DNA of 63,951 nt, filler included, from Licmophora abbreviata (Eukaryota): assembly GCA_900291995.1 (NCBI GenBank). It is 10 parts of 10 records of this genome, joined end to end, with 100 filler letters (N's around TTAATTAATTAA, not from the genome) between each part and the next. Parts side by side here need not be neighbours in the genome. Positions count along the whole stretch, not along the records: positions 20,885 to 22,916 come from OLMU01003364.1; positions 23,017 to 25,516 come from OLMU01003365.1; positions 25,617 to 32,190 come from OLMU01003367.1; positions 32,291 to 37,858 come from OLMU01003368.1; 6 more parts are not named here. The stretch is one strand, 5' to 3'. The position numbers and the translations under genes are program-made. Positions 22,393-34,146 of this stretch are shown here, one piece after another. The notes under the pieces were generated by a model. It worked only from the letters and a program-made list of their open reading frames with translations, searched no databases and had not been told where the DNA came from. Within the stretch, counting starts at the first letter, position 1, and each line of letters begins with the position of its first letter.

Positions 22393-22476
22393 TATTCATG
22401 GATGACGGGTGCACGGGACAAGTGGATAATAAAGACATACGTCGAATCACTCGTCTAGGCAACCTGAAAATGAGTA
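22393..22476 (+). promoter_or_regulatory. Candidate eukaryotic SECIS element (type II, long apical arm)
   Basis: Helix I TATTCAT/ATGAGTA; core ATGAC (22402) and TGAA (22465); helix II GGGTGC..GGAC/GTCT..GCAACC; unpaired AA at 22420; apical stem GTGGAT/ATCAC; folded by eye. Confidence 0.65.
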
Positions 22477-22597
22477 TGCACGTTGGCAGTTAAGGGCATT
22501 GATTTCTACATGAAGCGACGGGGAAGGGCTTAGTTAAGTTACACATAGCCGTGAATTTCTTGCTTTGATCCTCCGCACTGTTGGATGAACGTGTATT

Positions 22598-24174
22598 CTA
22601 CGATGTCCCTTGATAAAGAATCCCGCAATCAAAGTACTTCACACAGTCAGCGTCACAAGAGCTTGCCTGGTCATCAAAACAGCAGGCGGCACTTTTACAG
22701 ATCTCCTCGCAGTAGCTCTTGTCGCTACCCAGGCATGCTTGTCTTACGTCTGTCTTGCTTACACCGCCTCCGTTCGTGGTGCCTGGGCTGGAGCCCGAGC
22801 CGGAGCCGCTACCACCCGCCCCATTTTCAAGCACTATACTACAGTCAAAGTAGGTAATGCAATCCAAAGAAGCGTCGGAACACTCTTCATTGTCATCAAA
22901 GCAGCATCTGGCTGGTNNNNNNNNNNNNNNNNNNNNNNNNNNNNNNNNNNNNNNNNNNNNTTAATTAATTAANNNNNNNNNNNNNNNNNNNNNNNNNNNN
23001 NNNNNNNNNNNNNNNNTGCGAGGCAAGCTTCTTGGACGTCTTGCTTTGTGACATCACCTCCCGTTTCTTTTCCACCGCCTGTGTCCACACTGCCTCCCGA
23101 TGTGCTGAAGATATCTTCGCACGGCCCGTAGTCGACGCAGTTGACGTCCGACGAGCAATCTTCGTCGGAAAAGCAGCAGGCACCTCTGGCGCACACCAGC
23201 TGGCAGTATGACGTGTGCCTGATCTCTCCATGATCCCCGAAGGTACATGCCTCTCGGATTTCGAAAATGCTAGTTTCGATCTCCTGGCCGCCGGTGTGAA
23301 GCTCATTGCATTCCTCGTATTGGGAACAAAAGGACGTGTCGTGGTGTTGGCAATCTTCGGCGCTACCAGGGTCAGCAAAGCAGCAGAGTGCGTTGGAGCA
23401 AACTTGGTGACACTTCAGTCGATCTTCAGGTGTGATGAGCACCTCAGGGGCGCAAACGGCATCTACCAACTGAGGGATACTTTCATGCTCGTGGTCGGTA
23501 GCGCCGAGGTTCAAACACGGCGCGTAGGACTGGCATTCTGCTTGAGTGGTACACGATGTGACATTATCCTCGAAACAGCACTCAGCATGATGGCACGCAT
23601 CGTGACACTCAGTGAAGCCATCGACAGTCGCCAAACTCTCAGTTGTACACATTTCCGGAAGGTTGGCGGGGGCCTGGGGAATATCCGTAGGTGTTTCGGA
23701 CGCCTGGGTACCTGTCAAGACGCCACAGAACGCGTGATACTCGAGGCACCTACGTTCGTTTCCAGGGAGGCATGAAAGCGGCATGTTGGTTGGAAAGTGG
23801 CAGCATTCGGCTGGCTCACAGAGCTCCTGGCACGCTTGTTTGCCACCATCTGTGGCAACGAGCTCTTCTGAGCACTTGGTTGTCATGTCCGAGGGTGGGA
23901 GCGGAAGGCCAGCATGCGTTGAGACCGATGGGTCACTACCTCCAGAAGGTAGAGTTACAACAAGAATGATGATAGAAACAAGAATCCCAGCAATAGTAAG
24001 GACAATCTTGGTCTTCCGGGGGTCCAGCGATCGACGGGTGGGGGGGAGTGCTGAGTTGCGGATGTCCGACTCGGGGTATATGTTCTCGCCGTAAGAGTCC
24101 TGGACATCGGTCCAAGGCCGATGTGTAGGCACCCGTGTCATGCTGTTGGGATCGTAAATGGTGTCATCCGTCAT
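22598..24174 (-). CDS. Type II membrane protein with tandem Cys-rich repeats; spans gap 22917-23016
   Basis: N-terminal TM IVLTIAGILVSIIILVV, then at least 6 repeats of C-x3-C-x2-A-x-CC-x(n)-C-x(n)-C-x2-Y-x2-C continuing after the gap to the stop at 22598. Confidence 0.8.
22917..23016. other. Artificial scaffold gap spacer
   Basis: N44-TTAATTAATTAA-N44 within a repeat-containing gene. Confidence 0.97.
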
Positions 24175-24687
24175 GATGGAGCAGAACTATACTGTACAAT
24201 CAAGTGAAGAGAACATAAAGGATGAATCAAGTGTATGCCAAGATGCCAAGAAGTAAAACAAGCCCCCTTGCTTGATGCCCACGTTTTCACTGATCAAGGG
24301 CCCTCGTCACAGAATGCCACACATAAGACAAGTCCAGACTATACCTTGAGATAACGAGGAGCCAAAGGTCTGTAGTCGAGGGTCAATGCCACCAGAAAAG
24401 TGGGAAAGAGCGAGGCAGATGTGCGGAGACGACTCACAATTTGGTCAGGACATTATTCAATAAATACTAACGGGCCCAAAGGGTCATTAGATTTATAAAT
24501 TGGTATACGGGTATGTACGATGTAATATTTGAATAGCCCCCCTGATTGATTGATTCGATTCATTCAAACCCAACTCGACACAGCCTTGCCTCTCCCCAGG
24601 CCCCGACCGAGAGCCTCAACACCATTCCTTGAGCCACCAGTGTCCTCCAAATAGTCTAGCGAAATAAAGCTTTAGCTAGAACTAGTA

Positions 24688-25516
24688 CTAACCCGAGTAT
24701 GCTTTTGTCGGATCGGTGTACTTCTTGTACACAGATGCAATCTGCTCCATGGTCTCCTCGTTCAGCTTGATGTCGTAAGCACTGATGAGTGATAGGGATT
24801 AGCAAGGTCGTGAGCCACGCTATCAAAGGTATCAATGAGAAAGACTCTCGATCAGACCGTCAATCAATTCAGTCACTTACTGCAGGTTTTCCTTCAGCTG
24901 GGGAATGGTCGTCGCCCCAACGATAGTCGAGGCAACGTGCTCCCGATGATAGCACCACGAAAGAGCCAGCTCCGTGGGCGACATACCTGCTTTCTTCGCG
25001 ATCTCAGCATATTCAGCTACAGCGGCCTCGTTCTGACTTCCAAGGTAGCGATCCATGAATCCTGGAAATAGCTTCAAGCGGGCGCCCTCCGGAACCTCCG
25101 GCAATGAGTACTTTCCAGAAAGAACTCCACCTCCTAACGGAGAATAGGGAAGTAAGGCCACATTGTGATGGTAACACGTCTCCGCTAATCCTGCTTCAAA
25201 GTCCTTGCGGACAACGAGGGAGTAGCTGTTCTGGATAGAAACAATCTTGGGATACATCTCTGGATGTCGAATGGCAAGCTCTGCCATTGAGCAAACACCG
25301 TATGGCGTCTCGTTCGAAACGCCGACGTAGCGAACCTTCCCGGCGTCGATCACTTCTTGCAAAGCGCCAAGCTGCTCCTCGAACGCAGTAGACTCTTTCA
25401 AGTTTCCGGGGCTGAAATCTGGCTGACCAAACAAGCCTCCCGTGTAACGATCCGGCCAATGCAGTTGCAGCAGATCAACGTAGTCCGTTCCAAGACGTGA
25501 CAGAGAAGCGTCGACA
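24688..25516 (-). CDS. Aldo/keto reductase (Tas-like), 5'-truncated by a gap; intron 24782-24880
   Basis: LGTDYVDLLQLHWPDRY, GKVRYVGVSNETPYG, SIQNSYSL, LLPYSPLGGGVLSGKY, STIVGATT; last exon AYDIKLNEE...TDPTKAYSG*. Confidence 0.92.
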
Positions 25517-25616
25517 NNNNNNNNNNNNNNNNNNNNNNNNNNNNNNNNNNNNNNNNNNNNTTAATTAATTAANNNNNNNNNNNNNNNNNNNNNNNNNNNN
25601 NNNNNNNNNNNNNNNN
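25517..25616. other. Artificial scaffold gap spacer
   Basis: N44-TTAATTAATTAA-N44. Confidence 0.97.
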
Positions 25617-25936
25617 TCAATCAAAAAGGCCTAATTCTAGAAGGAATCTTGAGGGCAAACAAATGATCGATCACCTCATAGATGGCAAAAGCTCTTGCTA
25701 TTGACATAGATTATGAACTTGTTGCCTTGTGCATTGACACTCCTCTCTAGTATTGTACAATGATTAGCTATAACCTGTAATATGTTTGTGGTTTCTCGGT
25801 TTTGGGGTGTCTTTCTTCGTGACTAGCCTCGCAGCTGCCATCACCCAACTCAAAATGTCGGAGATGCAACTGTGGCGGGTGTGTGCATAATCTATGTTGA
25901 GATATTCTGCATAGAGCTCTTCTCTTTTTGCAATGG

Positions 25937-26536
25937 TTACATTTCGAGATCAAAGATCTCTTCTGGTTCTTGCAGTACGTCTTGTGACCGTGCTTGATGT
26001 TCCTCCTCCTTGCATCCAATCCCGAGTCGTGTTGTGCGATGACTCTGAAAGTTGGCATGACTCTGGAAGTTTGCATGTGGAGCAGGATCGATGGCATCCA
26101 CCTGACTCGCTTGATCTTGTCGAATGTGTTGAAACTTGGAATCAAGACCACGATGCGCGCTTTCCTCGACCAACGGTCGGTGGCGAGTCCGAATGATGCT
26201 GGAGATGCTCTCCTCGGTCTCGCTACGCCAGCTCTCTCCAAGACTGCTGCAGGAATCTTCGAGTCTCCTATTACTGTGGCTCATGCCACTGAGGATACGG
26301 ACGTACATGCAGTAGTCCTTGTACTCTGCCATGAGTTTATCTTCTTGGAGTTGCAACTCCGACCGAGTTCGGCGCATTCCATGTATAGGAATTCCCTTGG
26401 TCGGTTTAGATTGGCCGCTTTCGTCCGGAGTGATGATCCCGCTCGGCAGGGGGGTATCTTCCACACTCAGATACTCACGCCTGTCGACAATGCGGACGGG
26501 GGGAGTGACCGTGGGTAGTTCCGTCGAGTTCATCAT
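25937..26536 (-). CDS. Hypothetical protein (~199 aa)
   Basis: ORF from MMNSTE with core MRRTRSELQLQEDKLMAEYKDYCMYVRILSGM and acidic end EEIFDLEM. Confidence 0.65.
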   Translation of the reverse strand: MMNSTELPTVTPPVRIVDRREYLSVEDTPLPSGIITPDESGQSKPTKGIPIHGMRRTRSELQLQEDKLMAEYKDYCMYVRILSGMSHSNRRLEDSCSSLGESWRSETEESISSIIRTRHRPLVEESAHRGLDSKFQHIRQDQASQVDAIDPAPHANFQSHANFQSHRTTRLGIGCKEEEHQARSQDVLQEPEEIFDLEM

Positions 26537-26689
26537 GGAGATTCTTCTTCCCAGAACGAACGCAGAAGTTGTGCAGTTTGTGAGAATCTGTGGTGGCGAG
26601 GCATGCCCACACGGCCTGCACATGCCTCCACACGCCCGCACGTCCTCAAAACCGGTACAACGACGTTCGTATGTAGAATATGTACTTCA

Positions 26690-27490
26690 TGCTACGTCTG
26701 ACGCATTGAAGTTGCGTTTAGGCGACCTGCTCTCCCGAGAATGTGTGGCTCCTATGAGCTCACAAGATTGAGTTCATACTTATATACCATCATGAGGTAT
26801 TCTATTATAAAAAGTGTACTTATTGGAACTGCGACTGAGGTGTTCCTTATAAGAACGACATCCTCTGCGTCCTTTCGTATGTCTTTTTCATAAATAAGTA
26901 TGTCCCGCCACCACAGCATCATACATTCTGTGTACTGTTGCCGTCTCTTCTTCAATGGCTCGCATTTGTAACATACTTTGGTCAACGTATGTACAAAGTG
27001 TTTCAAAAACTGTGCTACCAAAAACACACACATATGGACGATATTAAGAGGGTTGTGAGTGAATTTTCTGACATACCGCTCGAGGTTGTTTCGCTGAGCT
27101 CTGAATCTAATTTCATGGAGCAGGTGTCTTTATTCCAATCTTTTGACATTTTGATAACATGTCATGGTTCACACCTTGTGAACATGATTTTCGCTCCATC
27201 CGAAGTTGCCATCATCGAGGTAGGAGCAGTGTTCTTCAACCAAGCCTGCCTCTTCAATGGCCAGACATTTGTCAAAAAATACGTGTATTCGCTTAGGCAT
27301 CTGCCTCCCAAAATAAGCGACTGGTCGGAATAATGGAGGGAATGTGGAAAAACCGTAATAATCCCGACTATGAGATTCCAAAATGGAATTTGTTCAGTCA
27401 AACTTGACTGTCAATACAAATATCTTACGATCGAATTTGCGGGAAGCAATGTCGTCTCTTTGTCCAGGGAAGACCTAGAAAGGCCGTGAT
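26690..27490 (+). pseudogene. Decayed glycosyltransferase family 61 (DUF563-like) fragment
   Basis: FMEQVSLFQSFDILITCHGSHLVNMIF...IIEV is the GT61 C-terminal motif; the flanks are broken by stops, there is no N-terminus, and the region is AT-rich. Confidence 0.6.
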
Positions 27491-27753
27491 AAGTTTACTG
27501 TTACTACTTAGGTGATTATAGTGTGTGGCTCGAGCACTGGAGAACAAAACTACAAGAGACGACAATACGTCGCCACTGTCCTTCAGTCGTCACCACTCAT
27601 CGTTATGATAGCAATACTTACTGACTTCAAGCCCGATAGTGTTCTATACTCCCCCGTACCAGGTACCAGCCTTATCGGTGTGGGCAATAGCAAATTGAAA
27701 CCTGGTACCGTACAGACCCGCTGTCGTAGCACGCATCCTACCATTGACGCCAG

Positions 27754-29529
27754 TTATGCGCCTCCTTTCTTCGTGTTCTTCCACTGCTCGGGAAAGAGAG
27801 CATCGGGAACCATAGCCTCGTGCCGGAAGGCGTTCGGCAAATGTATGTCTGAGGTGTACGGCTTGTCGACGAATTGAAAGGCTTCACGAGGTGCCTCGAA
27901 CTGAAAATTCTCCGGTACTCCACGGAGACGATTGTTGTTCCCTCGCAACTCGGCAGTATAGAAAAACTGCCCCTGCTCGTCCATTTCCCGACTTGTCACG
28001 ACACACTGCACCAAGCCGAAAGCGGATGTGCCCCACAAGAAGTGTCGTAGCTTGTCTGGATATAGCGCCTTCCATCGGTCGCTGTAAACGTAGGGCTTGA
28101 GACACTTGAGTTCAACATTAGTGGGATATGGATTTTGACTCTGCTCTGTTGCCGTCAAAAGAATTTGTTCCTTCTGGTTTAGCTCATGAGCGCCGCGAAG
28201 TTCTGGTGAGGGTGTCCATGCTCCCATGTGCGTCTGCCACGCATCTTCCCATTCCTGGCCATAGTCGACGAATAGTTCTTCACCAGGGACGAGGTCTCGC
28301 ATCGCTACAAGCTCCATGGCCAGTCCAGCTCGGTTCATTTCGCCAAGCTCGTCGACCGAGAGCTGCAGCCAATCGGGATGATGGTTGCTCTTGGCCGGGT
28401 CGGCCCATTGCAAACGGACGTTGGCCTGCGTCTGATTGTGGTTTAGCATACTAGTGTGGATTCCGTAAGGACACAAAAGCAGTGTCGATTCCGAGTGTCC
28501 CATGCAATAGTTCAATATCAGTTGGTGCCCGACCGCTTCGCTCCGGTCCATAAAACGCCTCCCATTTTCGTCCCTTTTAATTCCATAAAGTTCAAAGACT
28601 CGCCGATCCGGGATATGAACCAGCGGCACCGGAGCCACGATGGATCCTTCCTGTAGGGAGCGAGTGGCAAAGGTGCCTCGTCCGGCCTGCCGGAGAGTCG
28701 AGCGATGGACTTCCACGTTGTCCGCACAAACTCCATTTTCCTGCAGCCATTCTTGCGATCGTCGCATTGCTTTCCGTTTCAAGTCATACCTCTCTGACAC
28801 TACATCACTCCACGTCCGTCCCTCTGGAACATGGATGTCGCGTAGATTTGGACTTTGTTCCACTTCGCCTTTTCTACTCGTGAACCAGTCAGCACCGTAA
28901 TCGATAAGGAGCTCGTCGCCCGCTTGGAGTGGCCGTGAAGCAATCGTATGGCGATTGTAGTATGAGGTGAACGCTCCGGCACCAGGATCGACGTGTCGAT
29001 GCAAACCTGCGCCGTCAATGCCCTCCGGCATTTGCACTGCCGCATTGAGCAGTTGTAGTTCAGGAAGGCTGTTGGTCATCGCGCCAATGCCGAGGCTGGC
29101 TCCAGACACCTGTCTTGATTCACTGTCCATCATGTAGATATCACCGCCCCACGTATACTCCCTCCAGAGACATTTTTCGTCCATGTACCAGTTCATGTCC
29201 ACAATGGGCAGTACGACGTCTCCTGTTGACAAGAAGGGATCACCCGTTGCATAGTCTTGACCCGCAAACAGGCCCAAGCCTGCTCCAGGAATCGTAGACG
29301 GGGCGACCCAGACGCCACAGCTGTTTGAAAGATTGTCATCGGTGTGTTCGAGGTCGCCCAGGAGTGGGTCGCTTGGAAGTTCTACTGCAAGAGCCTCTTT
29401 CTGGATGCCGCTGTCAGCACACTCGGCGACGCGGTCTGCGCCAGTAACATTCAGGAGCTTGTCTGTCGCCTGCGCCTGAGAGACGCACAGGAGCGAAGCA
29501 GAGGCGACAAGAAAGCCTGTCCTCTTCAT
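27754..29529 (-). CDS. Signal-peptide-bearing double SET-domain protein (diatom-type lysine methyltransferase)
   Basis: Signal peptide MKRTGFLVASASLLCVSQAQA; SET motifs twice: APSTIPGAGLGLFAG...GDELLIDYG and STLRQAGRGTFAT...MLNHN...GEELFVDYG. Confidence 0.85.
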   Translation of the reverse strand: MKRTGFLVASASLLCVSQAQATDKLLNVTGADRVAECADSGIQKEALAVELPSDPLLGDLEHTDDNLSNSCGVWVAPSTIPGAGLGLFAGQDYATGDPFLSTGDVVLPIVDMNWYMDEKCLWREYTWGGDIYMMDSESRQVSGASLGIGAMTNSLPELQLLNAAVQMPEGIDGAGLHRHVDPGAGAFTSYYNRHTIASRPLQAGDELLIDYGADWFTSRKGEVEQSPNLRDIHVPEGRTWSDVVSERYDLKRKAMRRSQEWLQENGVCADNVEVHRSTLRQAGRGTFATRSLQEGSIVAPVPLVHIPDRRVFELYGIKRDENGRRFMDRSEAVGHQLILNYCMGHSESTLLLCPYGIHTSMLNHNQTQANVRLQWADPAKSNHHPDWLQLSVDELGEMNRAGLAMELVAMRDLVPGEELFVDYGQEWEDAWQTHMGAWTPSPELRGAHELNQKEQILLTATEQSQNPYPTNVELKCLKPYVYSDRWKALYPDKLRHFLWGTSAFGLVQCVVTSREMDEQGQFFYTAELRGNNNRLRGVPENFQFEAPREAFQFVDKPYTSDIHLPNAFRHEAMVPDALFPEQWKNTKKGGA

Positions 29530-29909
29530 CGCGTCCGTTTCTACTTGAGTGAGTGAGTCGAGTCGAGCGAGTCGAGTCGAGGCTCGTCACATCGTCATTT
29601 TTTCAAAGCCTCTGCGCGCTCGTCCAGCCTCTCGCACACATTGATTTCAAATTCAAATGAAACGCCGCCCGGCGCGGTTCCAAAAAGATCCAGCGACGGA
29701 CGGACGACTCATGTGGATGCTTGAGTCACTCGACTCAGATCGAAGGTGGATGCTGAGCCGGAACGGCGAACGGCGGAATGACACTGCCACAATGGGATTT
29801 TGACCGCGAGCTTCACCGCCGACCTCTTTGCAATCCTTGCATAACACTTGCTCCTGCTAATTTTCAAGGACCTAGCAAGTCGCTAGTTGGAAAGAGATTG
29901 ACCGAAACA

Positions 29910-32900
29910 ATGAGCGCGGCAGCCAGCAGCAGCCCTGCCTCTTCAGGGGCCTACACGATGCCCCGAGCGGATTTGGAGCTATGTCGGGCTGCGGTCAAGA
30001 CCTGGATGTCGAAGAAATACGGAGGGGCTAACTACCTATTCCTGGAGCCTGTGGATACGAAAGTATTTCCGACTTACTTGGATGTCGTCAGCCGACCCAT
30101 GGACCTTGGGACTCTGAATACTAATCTAGAAGCCAACCGCTACCCCACACGCGACGCATTCTTCGCCGACGCCATGTTGATTTTTGAGAATGCGCAGACC
30201 TTTCACCGGGGGAAGAAGGAAACTCAGTTTGTCATCAAGCTGGCGAAGGAAATGATCAAGCTGGTTTTGAAAGAAAAAAGAAAAGCAGAGAAGGGCGCGG
30301 CCAAGAAGAGTGGAGGGTCCAAACCTGGCAAGGGTGCCGCTGCGAAAGCAGCATCAACTGCGTCAAATTCTACAAAATTAGCACAAAAGCCTGCAGCCGT
30401 CCCAGAGAAGAAGGCAGGGATCAAACTGAAACTAGGGGGTGCTGCAAAGGCTTCAGGCGTCGGTGCAGGCGAGAAGTCGTCGCCTTCTACCAACACAACA
30501 CCGAACGCAACAGTGAAGGTTTCGGCTCCTATCGCCGCTGGTGTATCGACGACAGTCAAATCGGAGCCGGGGGCATCCAGCATGCCCAAGAAGCCTCGGC
30601 TAAAGTTGAATTTGAAAAGGGTAATTCCGCTGCTGCTGCGCCGTCGGCGGCGATACCGCCCGCTTCGATTCAGCCAAGAATCCAGTTGAAAATGTCTTCG
30701 TCGGGGCGTGGTGGCAAAGAGCTGCCACGAGGCCTTACGGCAAAGCCCGCCAGCAAGCCCACGAAGAAGTCCTCGATGGCCAAACTTCAGATCAAGCCAC
30801 AGCGTCCACCTGTTGCACACATGTCGTCCTCCAAGGCGAAGGCGGCCCAGCCGATCGGTGCACCGCTTGCCATGACGCCACAACGAAAAGTACAATGCAC
30901 AAAGGTGCTGGCTGGCTTGAAGAGTCGCCACGAACACAAGGAGATAGTCTGGTTTCTTCAGCCAGTGTCCGATAAGGTCGTTATCGATGACTACCGCGCG
31001 AAGATCAAACATCCAATGGTAAGCCTGTCGTGTCCTGATTGATGTCATCCGTCGGTCATCGATCGTTTTTCCTTACGCTTGTGTTTCTGCTTTCCTAGGA
31101 CCTGGGGACAATGGCCTCCAAGCTCGACAAGAATGAGTATGGTACTCTATCAGAATTTGTACTCGATCTGAGACGTATTTTTGCCAACTGTCTCCGTTAC
31201 AATAACTCAGTTCACGACGGCTTCCGGCCCATCGCCGTCAAGTTATTGTCAACGGCCGAGCAGTTGTTGGCGTACTTTGTGGAGAAGCCGGAGGCGCCGA
31301 CTCCCGTATATCCCTCTTTGCTCTACTGCTGGAAATTGTGCATCAACGTTCTGGATGGACTTCTGAACGTAACAAATCCCTCTGATGGGCTCCAGACAAG
31401 TCATTACTTCTTGCAGCCCGTGTCATTTTTTTGCGGTGGCAGTTTCCCTCCCGATTATCTCGCGAAGATCAAGCGCCCGATAGATTTTGGTACCATCACT
31501 TCTTTGTTAATCGAAGGGCATTATCAGGACATTGCCGTGTTTGCATCCGACTGTCGACTGGTGATTGGGAATTGCTTGGCATACTACTCGGACCGAGCTG
31601 ATGGCGCTCTCATCGTTGAACAGGCAACGCGGTTGAATGCGCTTATTTCACAGCAACTGGATGCGCTCGTTCGGTACGACCAGTCACCGAGTGCAACACA
31701 AGCTCGAGCGAGTGTCGTATCTTGGAAGAATGTGCGACTGGCGAAACCGCCCGAATCATGGTTGTTGGGCATCCTGGCAGATCTCCGCAACTCGACGTAT
31801 ACCGACAAATTCACAAAGGTGAGTTGACTCGCCGCTCATTGTCGACAACCATTGCCCGGTCATACTTACTCCTCTTAATTACTTGTCTTCGAAACAGATA
31901 ACTGAACCAGCCATGGCCCCCTTTATGAAGCCGGTCGACCTTATCCAGTACCGAGACTATGCTAAGTTTGTTAGCACACCCATGGATCTTGAGACGGTCG
32001 CACGAAAAGTGAGAAGTGGCGCTTACGAGACTCCCGAAGATTTCGAATACGACGTGAATCTAATCTTTCGCAACTGTGAGGCCTACAACGCCCCCCGGAG
32101 AAGTGATCACCTCGTCAATATGGGAAAGTATGGCGCGAAAGTCTTCAGGAGAATCTTCGCATCGTGGGTTCAGAAGGGAACAGAGAAGAANNNNNNNNNN
32201 NNNNNNNNNNNNNNNNNNNNNNNNNNNNNNNNNNTTAATTAATTAANNNNNNNNNNNNNNNNNNNNNNNNNNNNNNNNNNNNNNNNNNNNGCGATCGGTG
32301 CCAACCTCTGCCGCGCAACCTGCAACCAAGAAACAGCGCGTGGAATCATCAGAAGGAGTTACTTCGAAGCCTGTCCCTCGAATAACGATCAGTGCTGCTC
32401 GAATGCTGCCTTCCAGTGGGAAGCAGGCCAGCGCTCAACAGAGAGCGAAGTCGCCTAAACCCTCTGGATCACAGAAGAAGCGCACGTCAGATCCATCGAA
32501 GCCCAAGGATGAGGCACCGCCGCTTCACGTTGCTATCGCACGGGTCAAGGAACGTTTCCCCCTTCGTCGGCAGTATAAATTCCTCGAATCTTGGGAGAGC
32601 GCCTGCGCAAGGTTCTTCAAGGAGCTCATGCGACACCCGTGGATATCCGCGGCTCGTCCTCAGTTTATCTTTCACGTTCCTGTCCCGATATTGTTTCCCC
32701 AGCTGCAGGAGGCTTACACTGCCAACATTGCGAAGCCGATGGACTTGACAACAGTCGAAGCGAAGCTTTTACAGGGTGGAATGTACCACCGCCCACAAGA
32801 TTTTGTAGACGATGTGTCGTTGGTGTTTGCAAATGCCATTACCTTCAATAAGGCCGGACGTGACGAAGGCGACCCACTGTCGTGTGCGTACTATGACGCG

Positions 32901-34146
32901 TCGATCCATCTTCTTCGCTACACGAGGTGGCTGTCGTTGGAACTTCTGACTGCCTATCTGAAAGAGGACCCTCACGTTGACGAAGGCGAACCAGGCTTGC
33001 CACCTTTCCATTGGAAACTCACTTTGGAGAACAAGAAGAAATCTCGAGAGGAAATGGAAGCTATCGTCATGGACGAACCGATCGAAAAGAGCATTCATGG
33101 GGATAGATACACGTGGATGGAAGCCGAGTGCGAAAAGCTTTTGAAAGCCCTTCGTCATATGTCTGATTTGCGTTACATGACGTTCTTCATTCAGCCAAAC
33201 TACCCCGCGGACTACGCGGCATTTATTTCGAAACCGATGGACTGGGAGCATTGTCAGAAGACTCTGATGCGACGCGAGTACGACACATTTCGCGAGGTAA
33301 GTCGTACGAGAGGACATGGTTACTGTTGTCGAATTCACAGTGGCACTGCGCTCACGCTTCACCTCTATACACGTTATCTAGATTGTTGAGGATTTGCGTC
33401 TGATATTCTCCAATGCGCTCCGCTACAATGCGAGGGCCAAAGGCACTGAGACTGTGTCGGGAAGGGCTTATGAGTCTGCTCTGTTCATGTCCTCAAAGCT
33501 TGAAACAGCAATTGACAAGATGGTCCTCACTATAAGCGACCGATTAGAACGCGAACGCATTGACCATGCCAATGCCGAAAGAGAGATTGCTGCTGCGGAT
33601 CGGGCGGAAGCGGAACGGATGAGAGAAGTCCTCAAGCATGACCCCTCCGCTGCCGCAGCTGCTTCGCAAGCAAGAGTCGAGACTATCGAGACAATACGAA
33701 TTGTCAGCAAACGCTCGAGACGGGACATGACGAATTTTGAGATGCCGTTCTTCGAAGAAGCAGATGATGGTGAGCTCGAGCAGTCGCACGTCGATGCAAT
33801 GAGACTTCAGAAAGCAACCTTCGAACGACAGCGAAATGTTGAGAAGACTTTGCACGGGTCATCGGCCGTTGTGGGTGCAATGGTATTTGCACGACTGCAA
33901 CAAGCGAGGCAAGCTCGCCTATGGGCGGAGAAGAATGCCGATATCTCGGCTGGCTCTAACGGCAATGATGTAGAAGGGGTCGACAAGGGTGATACGCAGG
34001 ACTCTATGCCTGAAGATGCAGAGTCAATACGTCGGGTGGGATCGTCGGTTCTGGATTCCCTCAACAAAGAAGGGAGAACCTTGATCAAGTTCAAGCCGAA
34101 GAAACTGAAGCGAAAGAGGAAACTTCTACCATCGATTAAGCTTTGA
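29910..34146 (+). CDS. Multi-bromodomain protein (~6 bromodomains); introns 31019-31098, 31819-31897, 33297-33381; frame break or intron at 30621-30685; spans gap 32191-32290
   Basis: Six F-x2-PV...Y...(R/H/T/K)P(M/I)D...L-x-x-x-N modules; canonical GT-AG junctions restore the frame. Confidence 0.88.
32191..32290. other. Artificial scaffold gap spacer
   Basis: N44-TTAATTAATTAA-N44. Confidence 0.97.

Noticed and set aside
30224..31048. 274-aa antisense ORF and many similar overlapping ORFs across the window
   Set aside because: Shadow frames of real genes at ~50% GC, with no recognisable motifs
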